From the NCBI RefSeq assembly GCF_009914755.1, contig NC_060925.1: a stretch of 64,000 nt of DNA. One strand, 5' to 3'. The position numbers were made by a program, and so were the translations under genes. The notes under the pieces were generated by a model, which was given only the letters and a program-made list of their open reading frames with translations, had not been told where the DNA came from and ran no database searches. This document shows, in pieces, positions 37,812 through 50,513 of this stretch. Each line of letters opens with the position of its first letter. The first letter of the stretch is position 1. This DNA is from the human T2T-CHM13v2.0 reference genome, Homo sapiens.

Positions 37812-40800
37812 CATTTTCTTTATCCACTTGTTGACTGATGGGCATTCAGGCTGGTTCCATAGTTTTGCATTTGCGAATTGTGCTGCTAAAAACATGCGTG
37901 TACAAGTATCTTTTTTGTATAATGACTTCTTTTCCTCTGGGTAGTTACCCAGTAGTGGGATTGCTGGATCAAATGGTAGTTCTACTTTTAGTTCTTTAAG
38001 AAATCCCCACACTGTTTTCCACAGTAGTTGTACTAGTTTACATTCCCACCAGCAGTGTAAAAGTGTTCCTTTTAAACCACATCCACTCCAGCATCTATTA
38101 TTCTTTTATTTTTCGATTATGGTCATTCTTACAGGAGTAAGGTGGTATCACATTGTGGTTTTGATTTGCACTTCGCTGATCAGTAGTGATATTGGCATTT
38201 TTTCATGTTTGTTGGCCATTTGTATATCTTCTTTTGAGAATTATCTATTCATGTCCTTAGTCCAATTTTTGATGGGATTGTTTGTTATTACTAATTTTTT
38301 TGAGTTCCTTGTAGATTCTGGATATTAGTCCTTTGTCAGATGTATAGATTGTGAAGATATCCTCCTACTCTGTGGGTTGTCTGTTTACTCTGCTGATTAT
38401 TTCTTTGGCTGTGCAGAAGCTTTTCAGTTTAATTAAGTCCCATATATTTATCTTTGGTTTTGTTGTGTTTGCTTTTGGGCTCGTAGTCATGAAGTCTTTG
38501 CCTAAGCCAGTGTCTAGAAGGGTTTTTCTGATGTTATCTTCTAGAATTTTAATGGTTTCAGGTCTTAGATTTAAGTCCTTTGTCCATCTGGAGTTGATTT
38601 TTTTATAAGGTGAGAGATGAGGATCCAGTTTCACTCTTCTACATGTGGCTTGACGTGGCTTGCCAATTATCCCAGAACCATTTGTTGAATAGGGTGTCCT
38701 TTCCCCACTTTGTTTTTGTTTACTGTGTTGAAGACAGTTGGCAGTAAGTACTTGGCCTTATTTCTGTGTTATCTAATCTATTCCATTGGTCTATGTACCT
38801 ATTTTTATACTAGTACCATGCTGTTTTGGTGACTATAGCCTTATAGTATAGTTTGAAGTCAGGTAATGTGATCCCTCCAGATTTGTTCTTTTTGCTTAGT
38901 CTTGCTTTGGCTATGCGGGCTCTTTTTTGGTTCCATATGAGTTATAGAATTGTTTTTTCTAGTTCTGTGAAGAAGGACGGTGGTATTTTGATGGGAATTG
39001 CATTGAATTTGTAGAGCACTTTGGGCAGTATGCTCGTTTTCAAAATATTGATTCTGCCCATTCATGAGCATGGATGTATTTCCATTTGTTTGTGTTGTCT
39101 ATGATTTCTTTCAGCAGTGTTTTACAGTGTTCCTTGTAGACGTCTTTTGCCTCCTTGGTTAGGTATATTCCTAAGTGTTTCGTTTATTTATTTATTTTGG
39201 CAGCTATTGTAAAAGGGGTTGAGTTCTTGATTTGATTCTCAGCTTGATCACTGTTTGAATATAGCAGGGCTACTGATTTGTGTACGTTAATTTTGTATCC
39301 TGAAATATTGCTGAATTCATTTATCAGTTCTAGGAGCTTTCTGGAGGAGTTTGTAGGGTTTTCTAGATATATGATTATATCATCGGCAAGCAACGACGGT
39401 TTGACTTCCTCTTTACCAATTCGAATGCCCTTCATTTCTTTCTCTTGTCTGATTGCTCTGGCTAGGACTTCCAGTACCATGTTAAATAGAAGTAGTGAGA
39501 GTGGGCATCCTTGTCTTGTTCCAGTTCTCAGGGGAAATGCTTTCAACTTTTCCCCATTCAGTATTATGTTGGCTGTGGATTTGTCATAGATGGCTTTTAT
39601 TACATTAAGTTATGTCCCTTCTATGCCGATTTTGCTAAGGGTTTTAATCATAAAGCAATGCTGAATTTTGTCAAATGTTTTTTTCTGCATCTATTGAGAT
39701 TATCATATTATTTTTGTTTTTAATTCTGTTTATGTGGTGTATCACATTTATTGAGTTGCATATGTTAAACTAGCCCCACATCTCCAGTATGAAACTCACT
39801 TGATCATGGTGGATTATATTTTTGATATGCAGTTGGATTCCATTAGCTAGTATTTTGTTAAGGATTTTTACATGTATATTCATCAGGGATATCTGTAGTT
39901 GTCTTTTTTTGTTATGTCCTTTCGTGGTTTTGGTATTAGGGTGATACTGGCTTCAAAGAGTGATTTAGGGAGGAGTCCCTCTTTCTCTATCTTTTGGAAT
40001 AGTGTCAATAGAATTGGTACCAATTCTTCTTTGAATGTCTGGTAGAATTCAGTTGTGAATCCATCTGGTCCTGGACTTTTTTCGTTGGCCATTTTTTTAA
40101 ATTACCATTTCAGTCTTGCTGCTTGTTATTGGTCTGTTCAGAGTTTCTATTTCTTCATAGTTTAATCTTGGAGGGTTGCATATTTCCGGGAATTTATCCG
40201 TCTCCTCTAGGTTTTCTAGCTGATGCATGCAAAGGTGTTCATAGTAGCCTTGAGTAATCTTTTGTATTTCTGTGAAATCAGTTGTAATATCTCCTGTTTT
40301 GTTTTTAATTGAACTTATTTGGATCTTCTCTTTTCTTCTCTTGGTTAATCTTGCTAATTGTCTATCAATTTGGTTTATCTTTTCAAAGAGCCAGCTTTTT
40401 ACATTTTTTTTTAAAGCTTTTGTATTTTTTATTTGTTTCCATTTCATTTAGTTCTGCTCTGATCTTTGTTATTTCTTTTCTTCTACTGAGTTTGGGTTTC
40501 GTTTATTCTTGTTTCTCTAGCTCCTTGAGGTGTGACCTTAGATTGTGTATTTGTGCTCTTTCAGACTATTTGATATAGGCATTTAAGGCTATGAACTTTC
40601 CTCTTAGCACCACCTTTGCTGTATCCCAGAAGTTTTGATTGGTTGTGTCACTATTGCCATTTGGTTCAAGGAATTTCTTAATTTCCATCTTGATTTCATT
40701 GCTGACCCAATAGTCGTTCAGGAGCAGGTTATTTAATTTCTGTGTGTTTGCATGGTTTTGAGGTGTCCTTTTGTAGTTGATTTCCAATTTTATTCCACTG

Positions 40801-41300
40801 TTGTCTGAGTGAATACTTGATATAATTTCAATTTTCTTAAATTTATTGAGACTTGTTTTGTGGACTATAATGTGGCCTATCTTGGAGAATGTTCCATGTG
40901 CTGATGAATAGAATGTATATTCTGCAGTTGTTGGGTTGAATGTTGTGTAAATATCTGTTAAGTCAATTTTTTCTAGGGTATAGTTTAGTATTGTTTCTTT
41001 GTTGACTTTCTGTCTTGATGCCCTCTCTTGTGCTGTCCATGGAATATTGAGGTCCCCCACTATTATTGTGTTGCCATCTTTCTCATTTCTTAGGTCTAGT
41101 AGTAATTGTTTTATAAATTTGGAAGCTCCAGTGTTAGGTGTATATATATTTAGGATTGTGATATTTTCCTATTGAACTAGCCCTTTTATCATTACATAAT
41201 GTCCCTCTTTGACTTTCTAAACTGCTGTTGCCTTCAAGTTTGTTTTGTCTGACATAAGAATAGCTACTCCTGCTCACTTTTGGTGTCCATTTGCATGAAC
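37390..41300 (-). mobile_element. L1PB1-like LINE-1, 5'-truncated inside the ORF2 endonuclease domain
   Basis: ORF2 peptides [75 protein letters not shown]; L1PB-type 3'UTR; frame disrupted. Confidence 0.95.
37765..37810. repeat. (GT)n(AT)n compound microsatellite within L1
   Basis: Read directly. Confidence 0.95.
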
Positions 41301-41734
41301 ATATACACTGCACTTTCTGACTTTATTTCCCTGATTTTCTTTTCAGGCTCTTGTTCTTAGTTTTCAAGAGAAGCCTTTTGAGTTTGGAAATTTCCATCCC
41401 CTCTCAACAAAATCTGGTTGTCAAAACTAAAAATGGGACTAGCAAATATAATATGCAAGTTAAAACTGAATGGTAACTTCATTTTTCTTTATCTGTTCCC
41501 TGAAAGTGTTAAAAAGCTCTTGTTTTTACTGGATGGGGAGTAGTAAGGCATATCTACTAGCTTAATATTTTCAGAATATTATCTCTTTTCCTTCAGCTGT
41601 GCAGCAGGTAGTTGATAAATGGTAGCTAGTATTGTTATTTTATCTATATATACTTGTTCAAGTGAAACCAATAAATTATGCTTAACTTTATGTGTAAGTA
41701 TTAAAGCTTCTTAATAATGTACTACAGCCTTGTT

Positions 41735-41815
41735 TTATTCATTCATTCATTTATCTATTCATTCACTCAACAAATATATATCGATAGCCTACTATATGCT
41801 AGGAATTACTCTAGT
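41735..41815 (-). mobile_element. L2 3' end with (ATTC)n tail
   Basis: attcattcattc...cactcaacaaatatatatcgatagcctactatatgctagg. Confidence 0.7.
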
Positions 41816-43179
41816 GTTCCATAACTCCTTCTTTAGAGTTGGGCCAAATAGGTGACACTGCTTTTCACAGTGACATTTTCTACAAAGCACCCCAGGTTCT
41901 TCAGTAACTAAATTGGATACAGCCCAAGATGGGTCAGATGCACACCAAATCCTTCTGTTAACAAATAGTTTTCAATGTAGTGTCTCAGTTCAATAAGTTA
42001 AACTGCTTCTTCTGTCCCCCACCCAGTATTAGCTAAGAAAGGAAGTGAATAATCAAGTTGTTGGGTGTAGCACTGCACCACATCTTTTTCTTTGACCAAA
42101 TCTAGGCCAGCACTATTGGCAGGTTCATGGATCTCCTGTTAAGTTTCCTTCTATTTCTTTCCCAACAGTGGCCATGAACTCTGACATTGGCAATGGCAGC
42201 AGAGTTAGGGCCAATGGCAGTGACTAGTTACAATGAATCCCAGGAGAGGTGCCACTTACCTCACTGATTTATGGAATTGGATGTCATTGGTAGTATTAGT
42301 GTCTGTCTGTTACTGGGGAGAAAAGGCATTGTTCTAAGTAGCAGAATCCTGATTATATATTTTCAATCCTTTGTTTTCAATCTTTATGTAAATCATGGTA
42401 TGACTAGACTTTAAAGAGTTAGTGATTAGGACACTGAGAAAACAGGCAATTAGAAACACCTTTGATAACAAAGGTATATATATTATATGTAGATCATATC
42501 TACCCCAGCTAGTTAGTAATATGTAAGCTTCACATAAACTTATGTAACTTATGTAATTTAATTTTATCAGTTCTCAGTAATGATAAAAATATAACCAATT
42601 TTTCAGAGATTACATGACTTTTTTTATATGTGTGAAGGAGATTTAAAGTATTTCACTATGTGTGAAGTGACAATTTTTCATGTGCAAAAGCAGCTTTTAG
42701 AAAGATGGCAATAGATATGTCAAGATAAAACTGAAGATGCTTGCCCATGCAGAAAAATGTCATATATGCCGAAGCTTCTTCCTATAGCTCTTTTGATCCT
42801 ATTGAATCACATTTTTTTTTCTATGTGCTAAGAAAAACTGACATAGGTAGCTCATCAGTTGTGACATGTCTACCATGAGGAATGTTTTCTTGGAACATGA
42901 TCTCAAGTTATCTACTTCTGGGACTGTTAAGTTAAATACCTGAGAGATTCTTTGTAACCAAGAACTAAGATATTTTTGAGCTGATTCTTTATGCAGGATT
43001 TATGTTCCTAAAAAGCTGTTTTAAACTATATACTTGAAAATCTAATCATATTTTCAGTGTACTAAAGGATCATCTTGTTGAGAGGAACTCCCGAGCAAGT
43101 ATCTAAAGTAAAAATCTTCTTGCTAATAACAACCCAATGTAGCTATTTTATTTTATTTTTTTTCTTAAAAGCAACACAT

Positions 43180-43495
<316 letters not shown>

Positions 43496-44052
43496 TTATA
43501 TTTCACATCAGATAAGGTATTTGAAATGCTAGTTTTTTATTTATTAATGTACAAAGTGCACAGATCTTAACTGTACAGTTTGATGGGTCTTGACAAATGT
43601 ATGCGCCTATGTGATCAACATCCCAATAAAGATGTAGAATATTCCCATCAATCTGTAAAGTTTCCTTATGTGCCTTTCCAGTCAATTCCTTCCCCATCTC
43701 CCAACTGATATTCTTATTTATATTACTATAGTTTAATTTATACTATTCTTGAACTGGCTATAAATGGCATATCTTTTACACCTGGATTCTTTTGCTCAAC
43801 AGAGTGTTTTTGAAATCTTTGAGGTTCATTTAGATTTTTATGGGTATCATTATTTCATTCTTTCTTGTTACTGCACAGTATCTCATTATATGATTATATC
43901 ACTATTTAACCATTTTCCTATTGATGGACATTTTGATTATTTTCAGTTTTTAGCTATTATAAATAAAGCTGCTATGAACATTCTTATAAAAATTTTTGTG
44001 TTTTCATTTGTCCTGGGTAAATTCCTAGGAGTAGAAATATTAAATGAGTAGG

Positions 44053-44095
<43 letters not shown>

Positions 44096-44285
44096 GTGTG
44101 TATATACACATATATGTATGTGTATATATACGTATATATGTATGTGTGTATATATACATATATGTATGTATGTGTATATATATACATATATATGTATGTG
44201 TACATACGTATATATATGTGTGTGTATATATATACGTATATATGTATGTATATATATGTATGTGTATATATATACGTATATATAT
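44053..44285. repeat. ~230-bp complex (TA/TG/CA)n microsatellite
   Basis: Alternating purine-pyrimidine tract read directly. Confidence 0.97.
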
Positions 44286-44869
44286 TAGTTTATAAAGAAC
44301 CAAAAAATGGTTTTCCAAAGTGGTTGCTGCATTTTCCTCACCTACCAGTGATGTATGAATGTTCCAGTGGTTTCACATCCGTGCCAATATTCCTATTATT
44401 ACTTTTAACATCTTAACCATTTGAGAGGGTGTGTAGTAATTTCTCAATGTACTTCTCATTTGCATTTCACTGATGACTGATGATGTTGAGCACCTCTTCA
44501 TGTGCTTCTTGGCCGTTTGTCTTGTGTATTCTCTTTTTCCTCCAGTATATCTTCAAGTTTTTCCCATTAAAAAAATAGAGTTATCTTTTTATTATTGGTT
44601 TGTGATATGTAGTTCTTTACATATTCTGGATATAAGTCTTTCATCAGATAAAGATGTCACAAATATTTTCTGTTTGTGGATTATTTATTTATGTTCTTAA
44701 TGTGTTTTTGATGAACAATAGTTTTTAATTTTATTGATGTTTCATTTATGCTTAGACTTTTTAATCTTGTCTACAATATCTTTACTTATCCCAAGAACAT
44801 AAAGATAGTATCATACATTTTCTTCTAGAAGCTTTATAGTTTTCACTTTTATGATCAATCTCTAACTTG

Positions 44870-45366
44870 CTTTTGATTTTACAGGCTCATAGATGAAAGG
44901 GATTTGCCTTGTCCCAGATGAGACTTTGGACTTGGACTTTAGGGTTAATTCTAGAATGAGTTAAGACTTTGGGGGACTGTTGGAAGGGCATGATTGTGTT
45001 TTGAAATGTGAGGCCATAAGATTTGGGAGGGGCCTGGGGTGGAATGGTATGGTTTGGCTGTGTCCCACCCGGTGGGAAGGAATGGAATCATGGGGTCGGT
45101 TTCTCCCATGCTATTCTTGTGATAGTAAGTTCTCCTGAGAACTGATGGTTTTATGAGGGGCTTCCCCCTTTGCTCGGCTCTCATTCTTCTCCTTCCTTCC
45201 ACTGTGTGTGGTTCTGGGGATGTGTTTGCTTCCTCTTCTGCCATGATTATAGGTTTCCTGAGGCCTCCCTAGCCATGTGGAACTGTGAGTCAATTAAACC
45301 TTTTTCCTTTATAGATTGCACAGGCTCAGGTATGTTCTCATAGCAGCATGAGAATGCACTAATATA
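44870..45366 (+). mobile_element. THE1 internal 3' end plus 3' LTR (LTR 45045-45366, internally deleted)
   Basis: gatgagactttggac...gggaggggcctggggtggaa PPT, then tggtatggtttggctgtgtcccacc...ctaatata. Confidence 0.88.
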
Positions 45367-46280
45367 CACGATGATGCTGGCCTCATAGAATGATTTAGAG
45401 AGGAGTCCCTCTGACTCAATTTTTTGGAATAGTTTCAGTAGGAATAGTATCAGCTCTTCTTTATATCTGGTAGAATTCAGCTGTCTGGTTCAGGGCTTTT
45501 CCTGGTTGGTAGACTTTTTATTGCTGATTCAATTTTGGAACTTGTTATTAATCTAGTCAGGGTTTTATTTTCTTCCTGGTTCAGTCTTGGAGGGTTGTAT
45601 GTTTCTAGGAATTTAATCATTTCTGGTAGGTTTTCTGGTTTGTGTGCATAGAGGTGTCCATAATAAGTCTCTGAAAGTCTTCTGTATTTTTATGGGGTCA
45701 ATGATAATGTCCCCTTTGCATTTCTGATTGTGTTTATTCAGATATTCTCTTTTTTCTTTATTAATCTAGTTAGCAGTCTATCAATCTTATTTTTTCTTTC
45801 AAAGAAACAACTTCTGGTTTTGTTAATCTTTCTTTATGGTTTTTCACTACTCAATTTCATTCAGTTCAGCTCTGACTTTCATTGTTTCTTGTCTTCTCCT
45901 AGTTTTGGGATTGGTTTGCTCTTGTTTTTCTAGTTCCTCTAGGTGTGATGTTAGGTTGTTAACTTGAGATCTTTCTAACTTCTTGATGTGGGAATTTAGT
46001 GCTATAAATGTTCACCTAAACTCTGCTTAGCTCTGTTCCAAAGATTCAGGTATGTTGTATCTTTGTTTTCATTAGCTTTGAAGAATTTCCTGATTCTGCT
46101 TTAATTTCATTGTTTACCCAAAAGTCATTCATGAGCAGGTTGTTTAATTTCCATATAATTATATGGTTTTGGGTAATCCTCTTAGTCTTGATTTCTGTTT
46201 TTATTGTGCTATGGTCCAAGAGTGTGGTTGGTATGGTTTTGGTTTCTTTGAATTTGCTAAGAATTGTTTTATGGCTTATT
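45367..46280 (-). mobile_element. L1P(A) ORF2 internal fragment
   Basis: gatgatgctggcctcatagaatg...ttggaatagtttcagtagg...tttacccaaaagtcattcatgagcagg. Confidence 0.85.
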
Positions 46281-46430
46281 AGATTCTTTATGGATCCTTG
46301 GGATTTTGGATGAATAAAATCATGTCATTGACAAAGACAATGCTAATTTTTTTCTAATCTTTGTTTTTAAATTTTCTTTACAATAAAGAAAATTTAATAA
46401 TTTAATGATAAAGTCTTGCTTTATTATTAA

Positions 46431-46821
<391 letters not shown>

Positions 46822-47467
46822 AGGTATGTATTTTTTTTTTAGCTGTGTATGTCTTTCATACATATTGAAGATATTCTCTTTCTATTTATGGTTTTCTGAA
46901 TTAATTGATTTGAATTTTGTCATTTTCTAATGCTTTTAATATGATACAGTTATTGTGAATTACATTTGATGACCTACAGTTCACATTTGACAGTTTTCTT
47001 TAAGAGAAAACAGGCTTCCAAATTGGGTTGCCTTGATAAGGTCTTGTGATTCATGGCAACATACTGTCTCTAAGTTAAAAAAAAAAAACAATCTTATCAT
47101 GAGTTCCTCAAATTGTTGATGTACTGATTAATGTATAACCTACTGACACTACAAAGGGTGCTGATTTATTTCTGTACTATAAAATTTTATTGATTGTCTT
47201 GCATGCAGATATTTTAGCATGTATATTGCATCCTGTGTCCAATGATTGTAACCTCTGTATTGTACTCTCCAGTGAAAAATAACAGTTTGATATGAGGAGT
47301 TCTCATCCTTTCTAAAGTCTCCTATAAAAGTTTTCCAATTTGTAGCAGACTTTGGAATGCTCCCAACTTTGTTGGTGTGTCTTCTCAGATCAGTCCTCAC
47401 ATTTGGCTTCCAATAAAACTTTATCAAATTATTTCTGGCTCAACAAACTTAATTTAGGTCAACATTT

Positions 47468-47485
47468 TGGCATAGCTGGTAGGAT
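47468..47485 (+). other. Primer-binding site, tRNA-Ser-like
   Basis: TGGCATAGCTGGTAGGAT vs recalled tRNA-Ser 3' complement TGGCGTAGTCGGCAGGAT (14/18). Confidence 0.6.
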
Positions 47486-49980
47486 TTTACAGTGACCTCC
47501 CTAGATCATCCAGCATGGCTTCCAGCATTTGTGCCGATACTAGCAATGGACCCATTGTATTCCTGAACTCAGATACCCTTGCTGGGTACTACAGATGAGC
47601 TCCTCCCAAAATCAGTAAACCTCTCGTCTTGGTGAAAGTTCTAGTTTACTGAAGCTGTTTTTTTCCTTGGCTAAGAGGTCAAAGACTCTCTCAAAATTAG
47701 AGTTACTCCCATGAATTCAAGGTAAGGGTTTTTTGTTTTTGTTTTTTTTTTTTTTTAGTTCTAGGCCATGGTAAAATAGGAAAATAGGAGCTCTGTGAAT
47801 TGTCTCCATGGAGGTTTGAAGCAAGACAACCTTAGCTTTTTTTTTCTTTTTTTGCATTCTCTCTTTCTTTCTTTCTTTTTTTTTGATCTCATGAGGACAC
47901 TCTTGCTCTGAAGGTAAAAGACACTTCCTCTGGTTGAATGACTCTTGGGAAACAAAAACTAACATAGGTGTCTGATGAACTGTCCATGATATGTAGTAGT
48001 CTCATAGGAAAACCCCTACACTGTTAACCTTTTGCACAGCTGGTGGGATTTGTAAAGAATGATCATAACTTTTTGCTCCACTGGTGGGATTTATAAAGAC
48101 TAATCATCTCTTTCCCATGAGCACCCTGCCACTTCTTTGGAGGTGATTTGGGAATCTGAGACACCTAAGAGACTCTATTAGGCCCATTGCATGAAACCTC
48201 TGGGAAGAATGATTCATAACTAGCACACTTGATCCACTACATAGCTTGTCTTACTCAAAACAAATTGGAAAAAGCTGGTTTTAGAATCAGACAAGTTGAA
48301 TGGGAGACTTACTTTCAGTAGCACCTAGAAGCTTCTAAAACAAATTCTGAAAAAAATGTTTTCCCCATTCAAGAGGTAAACAAAGGATATTTGAAACTAT
48401 TTCCAAATTAGACAAGACTTCAGACGCTTTCTCCTTGTTGCCTCTGAATGTTCTTCCCCATTCTATCCTGTGCCTTCATATTCTCCCTTATCTGAAATCA
48501 TTCCTTTCAGCTTGTTCCTTCAACTCCCATACGTCTCAGGCAGAGATTTTTTGGAATTTCACAATGCACACATTTCCTTCTCTCAAAAGGGGAAAATGTA
48601 TTTAAATTTGGAACAGAAGGAGCAAATGCAATAATTCAGAATAATAAAACCACTGAGATTATAAAAATACAGATCCAACAAATTTTCCTAAACCAGAACT
48701 AATGAGTGATATTGATAATTTATTGCAAGCTGTGCTGGATCACTTATGGTCCCAATTTTCACTCATATTGGTGAAATATATTCAGCCATCCCCATTAAAG
48801 TGGAAGTAAAATTGATTAAACCTTTTACCCAATATCAGATAATGTTCTTTAAATGCCCTGTTGGACTTTGCAGTCATTTGGAGATGTAAAACTTCACGTC
48901 CTTTTGGAAGGCTTAAATTCTTTCTCCATGCTTTGAGATATAAATTTGCTACACTGTTTTCCCTAACACATGGTAAGGGCTTTGGCCATGCAGGACAGAT
49001 AAACTTTAACTTGTTCTGTTCTCAGAGGCAAAATTTAACTAAACTCTTCATTTAAACTAGTGAGTTTTCTCTGACTCATGACTAAAATTTTAAATTCAAA
49101 GCTATAAAATATTTATCTGTATTTTTATGTTTACATACCTGTATTTCTATGTTGTCTACATGGTACTAAATTGACTTATAAATAAATGAGTGCTCATAAA
49201 TTAGTAAGCCCAAATATTTTCCAAGTTCACAGGACTTGAATAAATCTTTTGGTAAATAAGATTAATTTAATATTGTTGATTTAATGAAAATAGCTGTATT
49301 TTCTGAGTTATTGGCAAAACACCCAAATATTTAACTTTAATAGTCTTTCTTGAGTGCGCAGCTGATATTCACAGGCTATAAAAATGGTTAACAGGATAAT
49401 AACTTGAAATGATGACTACCTTTGTCTAATATCTTAGTTCTCATAAGTAAACTAGGTAAATTGTTAAAATCAAATAAGTAAATGTAAATGGGATAAACTT
49501 CTATAAATGAATTTTTTGTGTTATTTGAAATCTCAAAAGTATGTTAAATTCAATAATAGATAATCATCAAACGTCTGGGTCGTTTCCACTTAAGGTAAAA
49601 AATTGTGTTATAAGAAAGCATGTTTCTAGAAATTATAAAATGCTTCTTATCTATACAAAATTGATATGTGACAGATAATTCTAGATTTCTTACTTCTTAG
49701 GTTCTCACTAAAATTTAAGATTACTAAGATTTAAAATTCAAATTAATATATACAACTCTTTATATAAAAAGGACCAAAAAAGTAAGATGTGTTTTTGATG
49801 AGAACATATTATCAGAAGGTATAAAAATGTGTTCTTTATTGAGAAAAGAATAATTTTGTACAATTTCGATGTTACCTAAAAATTACTTCAAAATATGGAT
49901 TTAGGAAGGAAACAAATGAGATTAAAAGGAATCAGTAAGTAGGAGAGAGAAAAAAATATAAAGAAAGTTGTGGATATGAA

Positions 49981-50513
49981 TCATGCTACTATAAAGACAC
50001 ATGCACACGTATGTTTATTGCAGTACTATTCACAATAGCAAAGACTTGGAACCAACCCAAATGTCCACCAATGATAGACTGGATTAAGAAAATGTGGCAC
50101 ATATACACCACGGAATACTATGCAGCCAGAAAAAATGATGAGTTCATGTCCTTTGTAGGGACATTGATGAAGCTGGAAACCAACATTCTTAGCAAACTGT
50201 CACAAGGACAGAAAACCAAACACTGCATGCTCTCACTCATAGGTGGGAATTGAACAATGGAACATTTGGACACAGGGTGGGAAACATCACACACCAGGGC
50301 CTGTTGTGGGGTTGAGGGAGGGGGAAGGGATAGCATTAGAAGAAATGTTTAATGTAAATGACGAGGTAATGGGTGCAGCACACCAATGTGTATACATATG
50401 TAACAAACATGCATGTTATGCACATGTACCCTAGAACTTAAAGTATAATAAAAAAACAAAAACAAAAAAACAAAACCAAAACAAAACAAAACAAAAACCA
50501 AAAAAACAAAAAA
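49981..50513 (+). mobile_element. L1PA (PA4-7-like) 3' end inserted in the provirus
   Basis: MFIAVLFTIAKTWNQPKCP ORF2 C-terminus, 3'UTR, long A-rich tail, TSD ..tggatatgaa on both sides. Confidence 0.95.

Noticed and set aside
37620-41060. ORFs with endonuclease/RT motifs as a functional gene
   Set aside because: They are pieces of L1 ORF2 broken by stops and frameshifts; there is no ORF1 or promoter.
43984-44416. Overlapping Y/I/C/V/H-rich ORFs
   Set aside because: Translations of a dinucleotide microsatellite.
48040-48112. Imperfect ~41-bp repeat starting ctggtgggattt
   Set aside because: It lies inside the ERV interior and may be part of its consensus; no independent significance.
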